Below, piece after piece: positions 13,340 through 25,708 of a stretch of 64,000 nt of DNA. Positions within the stretch are counted from its first letter, which is position 1, and every line of letters begins with the position of its first letter. The stretch spans positions 128,001 to 192,000 of the forward strand of contig CAVYZN010000008.1 in assembly GCA_963773065.1 (NCBI GenBank). Reading direction: 5' to 3'. A program made the translations under genes and the position numbers. Below the pieces are notes generated by a model. It was given only the letters and a program-made list of their open reading frames with translations. It was not told where the DNA came from and searched no databases. This stretch comes from an uncultured Gammaproteobacteria bacterium. Lineage in GTDB: Bacteria; Pseudomonadota; Gammaproteobacteria; UBA9214.

Positions 13340-13966
13340 TTACTTCGAGTACAGTTCGACAACGAGGTGTTCGTTGATATCGGCCGGCAGTTCGGCGCGT
13401 TCCGGGCGTGATTTGTATACACCCTGCATCTTCTTCACATCGACATCGATCCAGTCGGAAATGCCGCGCTGCTGCGCCAATTCGACGGCCGCCTGTATGC
13501 GCAACTGGGCGCGCGACTTCTCGTTGATGCTGACGACGTCGTTCGGCTGCACCTGATAGGACGGAATGTTCACCCGATTGCCGTTCACGCTGACGGAGTT
13601 GTGGCGGACCAGTTGGCGCGCCTCGCTGCGTGATGAGGAGAATCCCATGCGGTAGACCACGTTATCGAGACGCCCTTCGAGCAGTTGCAGCAGGGCCTCG
13701 CCGGTCGCGCCCTTGATGCGCGAGGCTTCCTTGTAGTAGGTGCGGAACTGGCGCTCGAGGATCCCGTAGATGCGGCGCAGCTTCTGCTTCTCGCGCAACT
13801 GGTTGGCATAGTCGGACAGACGCTGGCGGCGCTGGCCGTGCTGACCGGGCGGGAACGGGCGGTTTTCCACCGCGCACTTGGCGGTGAAGCACTTCTCGCC
13901 CTTGAGAAACAGCTTGCCGCCTTCCCGGCGACACTGGCGACATTTGGATTCCGTGTACTTTGCCAT
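13340..13966 (-). CDS. rpsD: 30S ribosomal protein S4
   Basis: CRQCRREG zinc-type N-terminus; [14 protein letters not shown]. Confidence 0.99.
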   Translation of the reverse strand: MAKYTESKCRQCRREGGKLFLKGEKCFTAKCAVENRPFPPGQHGQRRQRLSDYANQLREKQKLRRIYGILERQFRTYYKEASRIKGATGEALLQLLEGRLDNVVYRMGFSSSRSEARQLVRHNSVSVNGNRVNIPSYQVQPNDVVSINEKSRAQLRIQAAVELAQQRGISDWIDVDVKKMQGVYKSRPERAELPADINEHLVVELYSK

Positions 13967-13980
13967 GTTCGATTCCTGCG

Positions 13981-14373
13981 CTAGACGCGGCGCTTCTTCG
14001 GCGGACGACAGCCATTATGGGGTATCGGCGTCACGTCGGTGATATTCGTGATCTGGAAACCGATATTGTTGAGCGCGCGCACGGCGGACTCGCGGCCGGG
14101 GCCGGGGCCCTTGACCTCGACCTCGAGGTTCTTCATGCCGTATTCCTTGACCATCTCGCCGGCGCGCTCGGCGGCAACCTGCGCGGCAAACGGCGTGCTC
14201 TTGCGCGAACCACGGAATCCCGCCCCGCCCGAGGTCGTCCAGGCCAGCGTATTGCCCTGGCGATCGGTGATGGTGATGATCGTGTTGTTGAAGGAAGCGT
14301 GAATGTGGGCGATTCCGTCGGAAACGTCCTTCTTCACCTTCTTGCGTGTACGTGGTGTTGCCGCCTTAGCCAT
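13981..14373 (-). CDS. rpsK: 30S ribosomal protein S11
   Basis: HASFNNTI; [18 protein letters not shown]. Confidence 0.99.
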   Translation of the reverse strand: MAKAATPRTRKKVKKDVSDGIAHIHASFNNTIITITDRQGNTLAWTTSGGAGFRGSRKSTPFAAQVAAERAGEMVKEYGMKNLEVEVKGPGPGRESAVRALNNIGFQITNITDVTPIPHNGCRPPKKRRV

Positions 14374-14417
14374 GCTTCAGTTACCTGGTTGATGCTGGTG
14401 TCGGAATGGGGTCGTGT

Positions 14418-14774
14418 CTATTTGCGGATCGCGCGCCGCGGTCCCTTGCGGGTGCGGGCGTTGGTGCGGGTGCGCTGCCCGCGCAGCGGCAGTCCGCGGC
14501 GATGCCGGATGCCGCGATACGTGCCGAGATCCATGAGTCGCTTGATATTCATGGAGACGGTGCGGCGCAGATCGCCCTCGATGGTGTACTTGGTAATCTC
14601 GTTGCGCACCAGTTCGATCTCGGACTCGGTGAGATCCTTTATCTTGGTGCTCGGCTGAATACCGCTCGCCGCGCAAATCTTGCGCGCCGAACTCCGGCCG
14701 ATGCCGTAGATCGCCGTCAGGGCGACCTCGGCATGCTTGTGCGGTGGAATGTTGATTCCGGCTATACGGGCCAT
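14418..14774 (-). CDS. rpsM: 30S ribosomal protein S13
   Basis: [10 protein letters not shown]; [14 protein letters not shown]. Confidence 0.99.
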   Translation of the reverse strand: MARIAGINIPPHKHAEVALTAIYGIGRSSARKICAASGIQPSTKIKDLTESEIELVRNEITKYTIEGDLRRTVSMNIKRLMDLGTYRGIRHRRGLPLRGQRTRTNARTRKGPRRAIRK

Positions 14775-14825
14775 TTACATCGTCTCCAGAGCGCCGCCCG
14801 GCCTGGGCGTCGCGAAAAGGGCGTA

Positions 14826-14854
14826 AGAATAGCTTCTGGTCAAAATAAAATCAA
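14826..14854 (-). promoter_or_regulatory. Putative alpha-operon promoter
   Basis: Minus strand TTGATT, 17 nt, TATTCT upstream of rpsM. Confidence 0.6.
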
Positions 14855-14958
14855 TGACGCACAGCGGCTTGACGGGTGGCGCGCAACCCCGGCACCCGCC
14901 CGGGCCCCAAGGCGGGATATCCTGAAATCCCAACGTGTCGCATAGTGCCGCGCGCCGC

Positions 14959-15072
14959 TCAGCCCTGGCGCTGTTTGTGGCGGCCATCCGTACAGATGAC
15001 CCGCACCACACCCTTGCGTCGTATGACCTTGCAGTTACGGCAGATACGCTTGACCGATGCACGTACTTTCAT
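14959..15072 (-). CDS. rpmJ: 50S ribosomal protein L36 (zinc-binding form); absent from ORF track
   Basis: Manual translation [37 protein letters not shown]. Confidence 0.98.
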   Translation of the reverse strand: MKVRASVKRICRNCKVIRRKGVVRVICTDGRHKQRQG

Positions 15073-15115
15073 GTCAATTCACCTTCTTAAAAAATCGCCA
15101 GACGGGCCGGCGCCT

Positions 15116-16471
15116 TCAGCGCAGCAGGCCCGCACCGCCCTGGCCTTTCAGATTGGCCTTTTTCATCAGGCCGCTGTACTGGTGCGACACTAGATGCGCC
15201 TGGATCTGGGCCATGAAATCCATGACCACGACGACGATGATCAGCAGCGAGGTCCCGCCGAAGTAAAACGGCACGTTCCAGTACAGAATCAGGAACTCGG
15301 GCATCAGACAGACCAGCGTGATGTAGACGGCGCCGCCGGTCGTCAGCCGGGTCATGACGCCATCGATGTACTTGGCGGTCTGTTCACCCGGGCGGATACC
15401 CGGGATGAAGGCGCCGGACTTTTTCAGGTTATCCGCGGTCTCCCGGGCATTGAACACCAGCGCCGTGTAGAAAAAGCAGAAAAACACGATCGCCAGGGAA
15501 TAGAAAATCACGTACAGCGGCTGCCCCGGCGACAGGGTCGTCGAGATATCCTTCAGCCAGCCCATGCCCTCGCCGCTGCCCAGCCAACTGGCCATGGTGG
15601 CAGGGAAAAGGATGATGCTGGAGGCGAAAATCGGCGGTATCACGCCCGACATGTTCAGCTTCAGGGGAAGATGCGTGCTCTGCGCGGCATAGACCTTGCG
15701 GCCCTGCTGGCGCTTGGCGTAGTTCACCGTGATGCGCCGCTGGCCGCGCTCGACGAACACCACGAATCCGGTCACGGCGATCGCCACCGCGAACAGCAGC
15801 AGGATCGTCATGACGTTCATCTCGCCGGTGCGCGCCAGTTCCAGCGTGGCGCCGATGGCATGCGGCAGGCCGGCCACGATGCCGGAGAAGATGATGATCG
15901 AGATGCCGTTGCCCACCCCGCGTTCGGTGACCTGCTCGCCCAGCCACATCAGGAAGACCGTGCCCGTCACCAGCGTGACGACCGCGGTGAGGACGAAAGC
16001 GGGGCCCGGGTTCAACACCAGGGCGCTGCCGCCGATATTCTGGGCCTGCAGTGCCGAGGAGATGCCGAAGGCCTGCATGGTGGCCAGCGCCACCGTACCG
16101 TAGCGCGTGTACTCGGTAATCTTGCGCCGTCCCGCCTCCCCGCCTTCCTTCTTCAACTGTTCCAGTGACGGCACCGTCACGGTCAGCAGGTTCATGATGA
16201 TGGAGGCCGAGATATAGGGCATGATCCCGAGCGCGAAGATGGACAGGCGCTTCAGCGAACCGCCCGAGAACATGTTGAACATCTCGAGGATGGTGCCGCG
16301 CTGCTGCTCCACCAGCGCCGCCAGCACGTGCGGATCGATCCCCGGCAACGGGATGAAGGACCCGATGCGAAAGACGACAAGCGCGCCAATGACGAAAAAG
16401 AGCCGCTGGCGCAGCTCTTTCATCTGCCCGATATTCGAGGCAGTATCCGCTATGGAGGTGCCCAGCGCCAT
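15116..16471 (-). CDS. secY: Preprotein translocase SecY
   Basis: [16 protein letters not shown]; [10 protein letters not shown]. Confidence 0.99.
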   Translation of the reverse strand: MALGTSIADTASNIGQMKELRQRLFFVIGALVVFRIGSFIPLPGIDPHVLAALVEQQRGTILEMFNMFSGGSLKRLSIFALGIMPYISASIIMNLLTVTVPSLEQLKKEGGEAGRRKITEYTRYGTVALATMQAFGISSALQAQNIGGSALVLNPGPAFVLTAVVTLVTGTVFLMWLGEQVTERGVGNGISIIIFSGIVAGLPHAIGATLELARTGEMNVMTILLLFAVAIAVTGFVVFVERGQRRITVNYAKRQQGRKVYAAQSTHLPLKLNMSGVIPPIFASSIILFPATMASWLGSGEGMGWLKDISTTLSPGQPLYVIFYSLAIVFFCFFYTALVFNARETADNLKKSGAFIPGIRPGEQTAKYIDGVMTRLTTGGAVYITLVCLMPEFLILYWNVPFYFGGTSLLIIVVVVMDFMAQIQAHLVSHQYSGLMKKANLKGQGGAGLLR

Positions 16472-16906
16472 TTAATCCTCTATGCTGCCCCCGGCAGCCT
16501 CGATGGCGGCGCGCGCACCCCGGGTCACCTGTATCCCCTTGAGTTTCACGGCCTTGTCGATGGCGCCCGATGCGATCACCTTGACCCGCGTGATCTGGCG
16601 CGACACGATGTTCGCCCGCTTGAGCGCCTCGATATCGATGACGGCCTCTTCCAGCCCGGCCAGTTCATGCAGGCGGACTTCATCCCTGGTGCGCGCGGTT
16701 TGGGAAATAAACCCGACCTTGGGCAGGCGGCGCTGCAGGGGCATCTGACCGCCTTCGAAGCCGACCTTGTGAAAGCCGCCGGCGCGCTCTTTCTGGCCCT
16801 TGTGCCCCCGGCCGGCCGTCTTGCCCAGGCCGCAACCGATGCCGCGACCGACGCGCTTGCGCTCCGTCTTGCTGCCCGCCGCCGGCTTCAATGTGTTCAG
16901 ACGCAT
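16472..16906 (-). CDS. rplO: 50S ribosomal protein L15
   Basis: [15 protein letters not shown]. Confidence 0.99.
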   Translation of the reverse strand: MRLNTLKPAAGSKTERKRVGRGIGCGLGKTAGRGHKGQKERAGGFHKVGFEGGQMPLQRRLPKVGFISQTARTRDEVRLHELAGLEEAVIDIEALKRANIVSRQITRVKVIASGAIDKAVKLKGIQVTRGARAAIEAAGGSIED

Positions 16907-16909
16907 GGT

Positions 16910-17095
16910 TCAGTCCTCGACTCTTAGCATGTAGGCGATCTTGCTGATCATGCCGCGAACCTGCGGCGTGTCATCCAGCTCGACGCTGTGGCGCATCCGG
17001 CGCAGGCCCAGGCCGCGCACGGTATCCTTGTGGCTCTGCAGGCGACCATAGACGCTCTTCACCAGCGTGACCCTGATTTTCCTGTTTCCGGCCAT
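16910..17095 (-). CDS. rpmD: 50S ribosomal protein L30
   Basis: [21 protein letters not shown]; spc order. Confidence 0.97.
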   Translation of the reverse strand: MAGNRKIRVTLVKSVYGRLQSHKDTVRGLGLRRMRHSVELDDTPQVRGMISKIAYMLRVED

Positions 17096-17098
17096 GGC

Positions 17099-17605
17099 CT
17101 ACCCCAGGATCTCTTTGACGGATTTGCCCCGCTTGGCGGCGATATCCTCGGGGGAGCGCATGCTCGCGAGACCCTTCATGGTCGCGCGCAGCACATTGAT
17201 CGGGTTGCTTGAGCCGATGCACTTCGCGAGCACGTCGTGTATGCCCACCACCTCGAAGACGGCGCGCATGGCGCCCCCGGCGATGATCCCGGTGCCTTCG
17301 GAGGCCGGCTGCATGTAAATCTTGGCGGCCCCGTGGCGGGCGTTGATCGCGTACTGCAGGGTCGCGCCCTTGATGTTGATGGTCTGCATGTTCTTGCGCG
17401 CCGCGTCCATCGCCTTTTGTATGGCAACCGGGACCTCGCGCGCCTTGCCGTAGCCGTAGCCGATACGCCCGTCACCGTCACCCACCACGGTAAGCGCGGT
17501 AAAACCGAACTGGCGGCCGCCTTTCACCACCTTGGCGACACGATTGACCGCGACCAGCTTCTCCAGCAGTCCGTCACTCTGTGGCTGTGCATCTACTCTT
17601 GCCAT
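17099..17605 (-). CDS. rpsE: 30S ribosomal protein S5
   Basis: [12 protein letters not shown]; GTGIIAGG. Confidence 0.99.
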   Translation of the reverse strand: MARVDAQPQSDGLLEKLVAVNRVAKVVKGGRQFGFTALTVVGDGDGRIGYGYGKAREVPVAIQKAMDAARKNMQTINIKGATLQYAINARHGAAKIYMQPASEGTGIIAGGAMRAVFEVVGIHDVLAKCIGSSNPINVLRATMKGLASMRSPEDIAAKRGKSVKEILG

Positions 17606-17619
17606 AGTAAAATCCCCTG

Positions 17620-17973
17620 CTAGAACTCGAGGCCATGCGCGCGCGCGGCATCGGCCAACGCCTTGACACGGCCATGGTATTTGAATCCGGAGCGGTCAAA
17701 CGCAACCCGGGTGATGCCGGCGGCCTTGGCGCGCTCGGCGATCACCCTGCCGACCACGGCAGCGGCCGCGGTGCCGCCGGTGGTGGTGACGTCCTTGCGG
17801 ACATCGCCATCCAAGGTCGAGGCGCTCGCCATGACCTGATTGCCTTGCGGCGAAATGACCTGCGCATAAATATGTCGCGGGGTGCGGTGCACGCACAGGC
17901 GGATGGCGCCCAGTTCCCTGATGTGGGTGCGGGCGCGCTTGGCGCGGCGCAGACGTGTTGTTTTCTTGTCCAT
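17620..17973 (-). CDS. rplR: 50S ribosomal protein L18
   Basis: [20 protein letters not shown]. Confidence 0.99.
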   Translation of the reverse strand: MDKKTTRLRRAKRARTHIRELGAIRLCVHRTPRHIYAQVISPQGNQVMASASTLDGDVRKDVTTTGGTAAAAVVGRVIAERAKAAGITRVAFDRSGFKYHGRVKALADAARAHGLEF

Positions 17974-17981
17974 ATCGTTGC

Positions 17982-18515
17982 CTATTTCTTCTTGGCTTCC
18001 TTCCGAACCACGACCTCGTCGGAATAGCGTACGCCTTTACCCTTGTAGGGCTCGGGTGGCCGGAAGGCGCGGATCTCCGCCGCCACCTGGCCCACCTGTT
18101 GCTTATCGTTGCCTTTCAGCAGGATTTCGGTCTGGCTCGGAGTCTCGGCCGTGACGCCCTCGGGCAAGTGGTAATCGATCGGGTGGGAGTAACCCAGCGT
18201 CAGGTTGAGCATTTTGCCCTTGGCCTGCGCACGGTAGCCCACGCCGATCAGTTCCAGCTTTTTCTCAAACCCCTTGCTGACGCCCAAGATCAAGTTGTGC
18301 ACCAGCGCACGGGTGGTTCCCGACAGCGCATTGGCCAGCTTGGAAGTCCCGCGGGGGTTGAATGTCAGCTCCTGGTCGCCGAGATTCACTTCCACCAGGT
18401 CGTGAATGCGGTGCGAGAGCGTCCCCTTCGGACCCTTCACCGTCAGCAGCCGCCCGGCTTCCCTGACCTCCACGGATGCGGGTACGGCTACCGGTTTTTT
18501 GCCAATTCGTGACAT
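17982..18515 (-). CDS. rplF: 50S ribosomal protein L6
   Basis: MSRIGKKPV; [13 protein letters not shown]. Confidence 0.99.
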   Translation of the reverse strand: MSRIGKKPVAVPASVEVREAGRLLTVKGPKGTLSHRIHDLVEVNLGDQELTFNPRGTSKLANALSGTTRALVHNLILGVSKGFEKKLELIGVGYRAQAKGKMLNLTLGYSHPIDYHLPEGVTAETPSQTEILLKGNDKQQVGQVAAEIRAFRPPEPYKGKGVRYSDEVVVRKEAKKK

Positions 18516-18528
18516 CTCGCTTCCCCGA

Positions 18529-18921
18529 TCAACTGACTACGCAGAGAACCTCGCCGCCTTCACCGGCGGCTCGCGCCTGACGATCGCTCATCACGCCACG
18601 CGAGGTTGATACGATGGCCACTCCGAGTCCATTCTGGACCCTGGGCAGGCCATCCTTGCCCTTGTAGACCCGCAGGCCGGGCCGGCTGGTGCGATCGATC
18701 CGGTCGATGACCGGCCTGCCGTTGTGATACTTCAGGGTAATCGTGAGAACGCTCCTGCCAGCGGCTGCCTCGGCGGTATAGTCCGTGATATAGCCTTCGT
18801 CCCTGAGCACCTGCGCGATGGCGCATTTCAGACTCGAGGAAGGCATGGATACCCGGACCTTGCTGGCGGATTGCCCGTTACGAATACGGGTCAGCATATC
18901 GGCTATGGGATCAGTCATCAT
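18529..18921 (-). CDS. rpsH: 30S ribosomal protein S8
   Basis: [13 protein letters not shown]; SRPGLRVY. Confidence 0.99.
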   Translation of the reverse strand: MMTDPIADMLTRIRNGQSASKVRVSMPSSSLKCAIAQVLRDEGYITDYTAEAAAGRSVLTITLKYHNGRPVIDRIDRTSRPGLRVYKGKDGLPRVQNGLGVAIVSTSRGVMSDRQARAAGEGGEVLCVVS

Positions 18922-18927
18922 GATGGT

Positions 18928-19233
18928 TCACCAACTCGCCTTGACCAGACCGGGGACGTCGCCGCGCATGGCGGCCTCGCGCAGCTTGTTTCTCGCCAGT
19001 CCGAACTTGCGGTAGTAGCCGTGCGGGCGTCCCGTGATACGGCAGCGGTTGCGCTTACGGGTCGGGCTGGCGTCGCGCGGCAGTTCCCGCAGCTTGAGCT
19101 GCGCCGCATCGCGTTCCTCATCCGAACTCTTGGGATTCTTGATGATGGCCTTCAACCCGGTGCGCTTGGCGGCATACCGTTTTACGGTACGCGCGCGTTT
19201 GTCTTCGCGGGCAATCATGGAATTCTTCGCCAT
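18928..19233 (-). CDS. rpsN: 30S ribosomal protein S14 (long, zinc-independent form)
   Basis: 101 aa; [12 protein letters not shown]; PGLVKASW. Confidence 0.99.
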   Translation of the reverse strand: MAKNSMIAREDKRARTVKRYAAKRTGLKAIIKNPKSSDEERDAAQLKLRELPRDASPTRKRNRCRITGRPHGYYRKFGLARNKLREAAMRGDVPGLVKASW

Positions 19234-19242
19234 GGTCCTACC

Positions 19243-19782
19243 TCAGGTCCTGAACGGAAAGTTGAACGCCGAGAGCAGTGCCTGGCCTTCCTGGTCCGTT
19301 TTCGCAGTTGTCGTAAACGTGATATCGAGTCCACGCAGGGTGTCGATCTTGTCGTAATCGATCTCCGGGAAAATGATCTGCTCGCGCACGCCCATGTTGT
19401 AATTGCCGCGCCCATCGAATGACCTGGGGTTCATGCCGCGAAAGTCGCGGATACGCGGTATGGCGATGCTGATCAACCGGTCGAGAAACTCATACATGCG
19501 CTCGCGCCGCAGGGTCACCTTGCAGCCGATGGGCCAGCCTTCGCGCACCTTGAAACCCGCGATCGAATTGCGCGCCAGGGTGACCACCGGCTTCTGGCCG
19601 GCGATCTTGGTCATGTCCGCGACCGCGTTGTCTATCACCTTGCGGTCACCGACAGCCTCGCCCACGCCCATGTTGAGCGTGATCTTGGTGATACGCGGAA
19701 CCTCCATGGCGTTCTTGTAGTCAAACTGCTCCCGGAGCTGTTTGACCACGGTGTCGCGATAATAATCCTGCAGCCTGGCCAT
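19243..19782 (-). CDS. rplE: 50S ribosomal protein L5
   Basis: IPRIRDFRG; FDGRGNY. Confidence 0.99.
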   Translation of the reverse strand: MARLQDYYRDTVVKQLREQFDYKNAMEVPRITKITLNMGVGEAVGDRKVIDNAVADMTKIAGQKPVVTLARNSIAGFKVREGWPIGCKVTLRRERMYEFLDRLISIAIPRIRDFRGMNPRSFDGRGNYNMGVREQIIFPEIDYDKIDTLRGLDITFTTTAKTDQEGQALLSAFNFPFRT

Positions 19783-19798
19783 ATCCTCATTCCATCAA

Positions 19799-20116
19799 TC
19801 AGATGTCCACCACTTCGCTGGTGGACTTGAAATAACGCACCTTGCGACCGTCTTCCAGGATCCTGAACCCGACGCGGTCACCCTTGCTGGTTTGCGGGTT
19901 GTAGAGCATGACATTGGAAGGATCGATGGGCATTTCCTTCTCGATGATGCCGCCCGGCACTCCCCGCCCCGGATTCGGTTTGGTGTGCCGCTTGACCATG
20001 TTGATGTCGGAGACCACGAAGCGGCCGTCCGGCATGACGCGCATGACACTGCCGCGCTTGCCCTTGTCCTTGCCCGCGATTACCACGACTTCGTCACCCT
20101 TTCTGATTCTGCGCAT
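19799..20116 (-). CDS. rplX: 50S ribosomal protein L24
   Basis: KOW motif [16 protein letters not shown]. Confidence 0.99.
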   Translation of the reverse strand: MRRIRKGDEVVVIAGKDKGKRGSVMRVMPDGRFVVSDINMVKRHTKPNPGRGVPGGIIEKEMPIDPSNVMLYNPQTSKGDRVGFRILEDGRKVRYFKSTSEVVDI

Positions 20117-20125
20117 GGTCCTGTC

Positions 20126-20494
20126 CTACAGTACTTCCGGCGCCAGCGAGATGATCTTCATGAAGCGCTCGCTGCGCAGCTCCCGCGTCACCGGGCCAAA
20201 GATACGGGTACCGATCGGTTGCAACTGGTTGTTCAGCAGCACCGCGGCGTTGCCATCGAAGCGGATCAGCGAGCCGTCCTGGCGGCGCACGCCCTTGCGG
20301 GTGCGCACCACGACCGCGTTATAGACTTCACCCTTCTTGACCTTGCCGCGCGGTATGGCTTCCTTCACGCTGACCTTGATGATGTCGCCGATGCGGGCAT
20401 AACGCCGGTGGGAGCCGCCCAACACCTTGATGCACATCAGACGGCGGGCTCCGCTGTTGTCGGCAACATCCAGTATTGATTGCATCTGTATCAT
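20126..20494 (-). CDS. rplN: 50S ribosomal protein L14
   Basis: VADNSGAR; [13 protein letters not shown]. Confidence 0.99.
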   Translation of the reverse strand: MIQMQSILDVADNSGARRLMCIKVLGGSHRRYARIGDIIKVSVKEAIPRGKVKKGEVYNAVVVRTRKGVRRQDGSLIRFDGNAAVLLNNQLQPIGTRIFGPVTRELRSERFMKIISLAPEVL

Positions 20495-20539
20495 GCTTGC
20501 ATTCCGTCCGTAGGGTTCCCGCCGCCGGGCAACGCCTGG

Positions 20540-20800
20540 TTATTCGCCGCGTTCGATGATTTCAACCAGCCGCCAGGCCTTGGTTTTCGAAATCGGACGG
20601 CACTGTTCTATCGCCACCGTATCGCCTTCCCGGCAGGCATTCTGCTCGTCATGCACGTGCAGCTTGGACGAGCGGCGTATGTACTTCCCGTAGATGGGAT
20701 GCTTGACCTTGCGCTCTATCAGCACGGTGACCGTTTTGTCCATCTTGTTGCTGACGACCCTGCCGGTGACGGTACGCGTTACTTCCGTAGTCTCGCTCAT
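20540..20800 (-). CDS. rpsQ: 30S ribosomal protein S17
   Basis: [12 protein letters not shown]; CRPISKTK. Confidence 0.99.
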   Translation of the reverse strand: MSETTEVTRTVTGRVVSNKMDKTVTVLIERKVKHPIYGKYIRRSSKLHVHDEQNACREGDTVAIEQCRPISKTKAWRLVEIIERGE

Positions 20801-21003
20801 GATGCCTCACTCGCCCTGATCTTCTCGTTGATCACCGTATTGATCCGTGCGATATCCTTGCGCACCTTGCCCATCTGGTCCGGACGCGACAACTGCCCGG
20901 TGCCGCGCTGCATGTAGAGGTTGAACCTCTCGCGCAGCAGGTTATACAGTTCCATCCGCAGTTCACTGACCGACTTGTTGCGTAGCTCCGCCGCATTCAT
21001 CAC
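20797..21003 (-). CDS. rpmC: 50S ribosomal protein L29
   Basis: [19 protein letters not shown]; S10 order. Confidence 0.97.
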   Translation of the reverse strand: MMNAAELRNKSVSELRMELYNLLRERFNLYMQRGTGQLSRPDQMGKVRKDIARINTVINEKIRASEAS

Positions 21004-21413
21004 ATCACCGTCCGCGTCACGAAAGTTGTCTTGAACGGCAGCTTGGCGGCCGCCAGCCTGAATGCCTCACGGGCGATTTCCTCCGAGACGCCGTCAATCT
21101 CGTACAGCACGCGGCCCGGCTGGATCTTCGCGATCCAGTACTCCACGTTGCCCTTGCCCTTGCCCATGCGCACCTCAATGGGCTTCTTCGTGATCGGCAC
21201 ATCCGGGAACACGCGTATCCAGAGTTTGCCGCCGCGCTTGACGTGGCGCGAGATCGCCCGGCGCGCCGCCTCGATCTGGCGCGCCGTCATGCGCCCGCGC
21301 GCCGTGGCCTTGAGCGCGTATTCGCCGAAACTGACCTTGTTGCCGCGCAGGGCATAACCGCGGTTATGTCCCGTCTGCTGTTTTCGGAATTTGGTTCTCT
21401 TGGGCTGTAACAT
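21000..21413 (-). CDS. rplP: 50S ribosomal protein L16
   Basis: [11 protein letters not shown]; EVRMGKGKG. Confidence 0.99.
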   Translation of the reverse strand: MLQPKRTKFRKQQTGHNRGYALRGNKVSFGEYALKATARGRMTARQIEAARRAISRHVKRGGKLWIRVFPDVPITKKPIEVRMGKGKGNVEYWIAKIQPGRVLYEIDGVSEEIAREAFRLAAAKLPFKTTFVTRTVM

Positions 21414-21428
21414 GGATGCACTCCGTTA

Positions 21429-22103
21429 TCAGGATGTCGTCTGGCGGGCGGGTTCCGCCTCTGCCTCCGCGCCCTGGTCGAACACCTCGCCCTTGAAGAT
21501 CCACACCTTGACGCCGATCTTGCCGTAGGTGGTATTGGCCTCAGCCACGCCGTAATCGATGTCCGCGCGCAGCGTATGCAGCGGCACGCGCCCTTCCCGG
21601 TACCATTCGGTGCGGGCGATCTCCGCGCCGTTCAGGCGTCCCCCGACGTTGATCTTGATGCCCTCGGCGCCGATGCGCATGGCGTTGCTGACCGCCCGCT
21701 TCATGGCGCGGCGGAACATGATGCGCCGTTCCAACTGCTGGGCGACGCTTTCCGCCACCAGGTAGGCATCCAGTTCCGGCTTGCGTATCTCCTCGACGTT
21801 GATATTGACCGGGATGCCCATGCGCGCGGACACCTCCTTGCGCAGACGGTCGATATCCTCACCCTTCTTGCCGATCACGATGCCGGGGCGGGCCGTGTGT
21901 ATCGTGATCAGGGCGTTGTGCGCCGGGCGGGAAATCTGCACGCGAGACACGGATGCCTGGGCAAGGCGCTTCTTGATGAAGTCGCGGATCTCCAGATCCA
22001 TATTGAGGTAGTCGGCATAATGTCTCGAATCGGCATACCACGTGGACGTCCAGTCCTTGACGATGCCGAGCCTGATGCCTGTTGGATGTACTTTATGACC
22101 CAT
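21429..22103 (-). CDS. rpsC: 30S ribosomal protein S3
   Basis: [13 protein letters not shown]; [13 protein letters not shown]. Confidence 0.99.
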   Translation of the reverse strand: MGHKVHPTGIRLGIVKDWTSTWYADSRHYADYLNMDLEIRDFIKKRLAQASVSRVQISRPAHNALITIHTARPGIVIGKKGEDIDRLRKEVSARMGIPVNINVEEIRKPELDAYLVAESVAQQLERRIMFRRAMKRAVSNAMRIGAEGIKINVGGRLNGAEIARTEWYREGRVPLHTLRADIDYGVAEANTTYGKIGVKVWIFKGEVFDQGAEAEAEPARQTTS

Positions 22104-22131
22104 GCCGCTATACGCCTCTACCTGTTTGAAT

Positions 22132-22464
22132 TCACTTGTCGCCCACCGTTACGGTGATATGGCTGTTGCGTTTCAGTATCCGGTTGCCGCGGCCCTTGGC
22201 GCGCGCCTGGAAGCGCTTCAGCATCCGGCCCTGGTCGACATACACCGAGGCCACCCGGAGTTCGTCGATATCCGCGCCTTCATTGTGTTCCGCGTTGGCG
22301 ATGGCGGACTCCAGCACCTTGCGCACCATGGCGGCGGCCTTCTTCGGGCTGAAGGTCAACACGTTCAATGCCTTTTCAACCGGCAGACCGCGTATCTGGT
22401 CGGCCACCAGCCGGCATTTCTGCGGCGCAATCCGTGCATGCTTCAATGTCGCACTGACCTGCAT
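22132..22464 (-). CDS. rplV: 50S ribosomal protein L22
   Basis: [13 protein letters not shown]; RAKGR. Confidence 0.99.
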   Translation of the reverse strand: MQVSATLKHARIAPQKCRLVADQIRGLPVEKALNVLTFSPKKAAAMVRKVLESAIANAEHNEGADIDELRVASVYVDQGRMLKRFQARAKGRGNRILKRNSHITVTVGDK

Positions 22465-22476
22465 TTCTCTATCCCC

Positions 22477-22749
22477 TTACTTCGCCTTCCTGTCGGCCGC
22501 ATGACCCTTGAAGGTCCGCGTCAGGGCGAACTCGCCCAGCTTGTGTCCGACCATGTTCTCGTTGATGAGGACCGGCACATGCTGGCGCCCGTTGTGCACG
22601 GCGATCGTCAGCCCCACCATGTCCGGTATGACCATGGAGCGCCGCGACCAGGTCTTGATCGGCCGCTTGCTGTTTTCCGCGACCGCCTTATCCACCTTCC
22701 TCAGGAGATGGGTATCAATGAACGGTCCTTTTCTAATCGAGCGTGGCAC
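22477..22749 (-). CDS. rpsS: 30S ribosomal protein S19
   Basis: [11 protein letters not shown]; GHKLGEF; GTG start. Confidence 0.99.
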   Translation of the reverse strand: MPRSIRKGPFIDTHLLRKVDKAVAENSKRPIKTWSRRSMVIPDMVGLTIAVHNGRQHVPVLINENMVGHKLGEFALTRTFKGHAADRKAK

Positions 22750-22767
22750 GGTTGCTGATCCTCGTAA

Positions 22768-23595
<828 letters not shown>

Positions 23596-23634
23596 ATCTT
23601 GAACCTTTGCGTCGAGCCGCCAACGGCGGCCGGC

Positions 23635-23931
23635 TTACTCATTCCCCATGAAATCGATGTCATGCCCTTCGGCCAGGGTTACATAGGCCTTTTTCCAGTT
23701 CACGCGCCTGCCCAGCGTCTGGCCGAAGCGCTTGGTCTTGCCGTGCACGCTGGAAACCTGCACGCCCTGCACCTTGACATCGAACATCAGCTCCACCGCC
23801 TGGCGTATCTCCGGCTTGCTCGCGCACGGCAGCACCTTGAACACGTACTGGCGATTGGCGTCGGCGACGCGCGAGCTCTTCTCCGAAACCACCGGGGCCA
23901 GCAGCACCTTCATCAAACGTTCCTGGTTCAT
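23635..23931 (-). CDS. rplW: 50S ribosomal protein L23
   Basis: PVVSEKS; WKKAYVTL. Confidence 0.99.
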   Translation of the reverse strand: MNQERLMKVLLAPVVSEKSSRVADANRQYVFKVLPCASKPEIRQAVELMFDVKVQGVQVSSVHGKTKRFGQTLGRRVNWKKAYVTLAEGHDIDFMGNE

Positions 23932-24536
23932 GCCAGACGCTCCTCTATCTGCCTGAGCGCGGCTGCCGTAACCACGATCTTGTCAAAACCGACCAGGCTG
24001 ACGGGATCGACAGCCGCTGCCTCGCACACGGCGACATCCGGCAGGTTGCGCGCCGCGAGGTACAGCCTGTCATCCGGCGCATCGGTCACGATCAGCGCAT
24101 TGCCGAGCCCCAGTTGCTTCAGCTTGCCGGCCAGCTCCCGGGTCTTGGGCGCCTCGAGCGCGAATGAGCCGACCACGATCAGGCGCTCCTGGCGGACCAG
24201 CTCGGACAGGATGGAACGCATGGCGAGGCGGTACATCTTGCGGTTGATCTTCTGCGTATAGTCGCGCGGGCGAGCCGCGAAGATCTTGCCGCCGGTGCGC
24301 CACAGCGGGCTGCGCGAGGTGCCGGCGCGCGCCCGGCCGGTGCCCTTCTGCCGCCAGGGCTTGCTGCCGCCGCCGCTCACTTCGCCGCGGGTTTTCTGCT
24401 TGGCGGTGCCGGCGCGCACGCCGGCGAGACAGGCCGTCACCACCTGGTGCACCAGGGACTCGCGGAAGTCCTGCGCGAAGGTGTCGTCCGACACCTGCAC
24501 CGACCCCGATCCACCGCCATGCAACTGCAATTCCAT
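23928..24536 (-). CDS. rplD: 50S ribosomal protein L4
   Basis: [14 protein letters not shown]. Confidence 0.99.
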   Translation of the reverse strand: MELQLHGGGSGSVQVSDDTFAQDFRESLVHQVVTACLAGVRAGTAKQKTRGEVSGGGSKPWRQKGTGRARAGTSRSPLWRTGGKIFAARPRDYTQKINRKMYRLAMRSILSELVRQERLIVVGSFALEAPKTRELAGKLKQLGLGNALIVTDAPDDRLYLAARNLPDVAVCEAAAVDPVSLVGFDKIVVTAAALRQIEERLA

Positions 24537-24546
24537 GATGCCGCTC

Positions 24547-25188
24547 CTAGCCTGCCTTCACTGCCGGACGTATGATGACGTCACCACCCTGCGCACCCGG
24601 GATCGCGCCCTTGACCAGCAGGAGGTTGCGCTCGGTGTCGACGCGCACGATTTCGAGATTCTGGATGCTGCGCCGCACGTCGCCCATGTGGCCGGACATC
24701 TTCTTGCCCTTGACGACGCGACCCGGGGTCTGGTTCTGGCCGATGGAACCCGGGGCGCGGTGCGACAGCGAGTTGCCATGCGTGGCGTCCTGCATGCTGA
24801 AGTGGTGGCGTTTGACCGTGCCGGCAAAACCCTTGCCGATGACGGTTCCGCAGACATCCACGCTCTGGCCCGCCTGGAAGCGATCGACCCTGAGCTCGCT
24901 GCCCACCCCGATGCCGTCGCCTTCCCCCTCATCGAGACGGAACTCCCACAGGCCCCGGCCGGCCTCGGTACCGGCCTTGGCGTAATGGCCGGCCATGGGC
25001 CGGGTCACGCGCGTGGCGCGGCGGGCGCCGGCGGTCACCTGCAGGGCGCGGTAACCGTCGGATTCAACCGTCTTGACCTGGGTGACGCGGTTCGGCTCGA
25101 CCGCGATCACGGTCACGGGCACGGAAACGCCGTCATCGGTGAAGATGCGCGTCATGCCTGCTTTGCGTCCAACTATTCCGATCGTCAT
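24547..25188 (-). CDS. rplC: 50S ribosomal protein L3
   Basis: [23 protein letters not shown]. Confidence 0.99.
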   Translation of the reverse strand: MTIGIVGRKAGMTRIFTDDGVSVPVTVIAVEPNRVTQVKTVESDGYRALQVTAGARRATRVTRPMAGHYAKAGTEAGRGLWEFRLDEGEGDGIGVGSELRVDRFQAGQSVDVCGTVIGKGFAGTVKRHHFSMQDATHGNSLSHRAPGSIGQNQTPGRVVKGKKMSGHMGDVRRSIQNLEIVRVDTERNLLLVKGAIPGAQGGDVIIRPAVKAG

Positions 25189-25218
25189 TTCAATTATCCC
25201 GCCGTGTACGGACCCCGA

Positions 25219-25530
25219 TCAGTTCAGCCGGATCTGGACATCGACGCCGGCCGCCAGATCCAGCTTCATCAGGGCGTCCACCGTCTTGTCCGTGGGGTCA
25301 ACGATATCCATCAAACGCTTGTGGGTCCGAATCTCGTACTGATCGCGCGCATCCTTGTCGACGTGCGGTGAAATCAGGATGGTGAAGCGCTCCTTCTTGG
25401 TGGGCAGGGGGATCGGGCCCCGCACCTGCGCACCGGTGCGCTTCGCCGTCTCGACGATTTCGGCCGCCGACTTGTCGATCAGCCGGTGGTCAAATGCCTT
25501 GAGGCGTATGCGGATTCTCTGGTTGCTCAT
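25219..25530 (-). CDS. rpsJ: 30S ribosomal protein S10
   Basis: [15 protein letters not shown]; GPIPLPT. Confidence 0.99.
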   Translation of the reverse strand: MSNQRIRIRLKAFDHRLIDKSAAEIVETAKRTGAQVRGPIPLPTKKERFTILISPHVDKDARDQYEIRTHKRLMDIVDPTDKTVDALMKLDLAAGVDVQIRLN

Positions 25531-25577
25531 GTCACTTTTCCCGGGAACAGCGTTTCATTCTGTCCCCATTTAATTTG

Positions 25578-25700
25578 GTGAGAGGTAAGAAGTGAGAAGT
25601 GAAGTAAGAAGTGAGAAGATCAGCAGCATACCCGGGCAAACCGGGCGCCGCGCTTCACTCTTCACTCTTCACTTCTTACTCTTCACTTCTCACTTCTCAC
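25578..25700. repeat. Inverted arrays of heptamer tandem repeats (GTGAGAA/GTAAGAA vs TTCTCAC/TCTTCAC)
   Basis: Purine-rich heptamer run 25578-25618 and complementary run 25653-25700 around a GC-rich spacer. Confidence 0.85.
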
Positions 25701-25708
25701 TTTACTGA

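Noticed and set aside
25578-25700. CRISPR array here or at the REP clusters
   Set aside because: No regularly spaced direct repeats with unique spacers, and no cas genes in the window.
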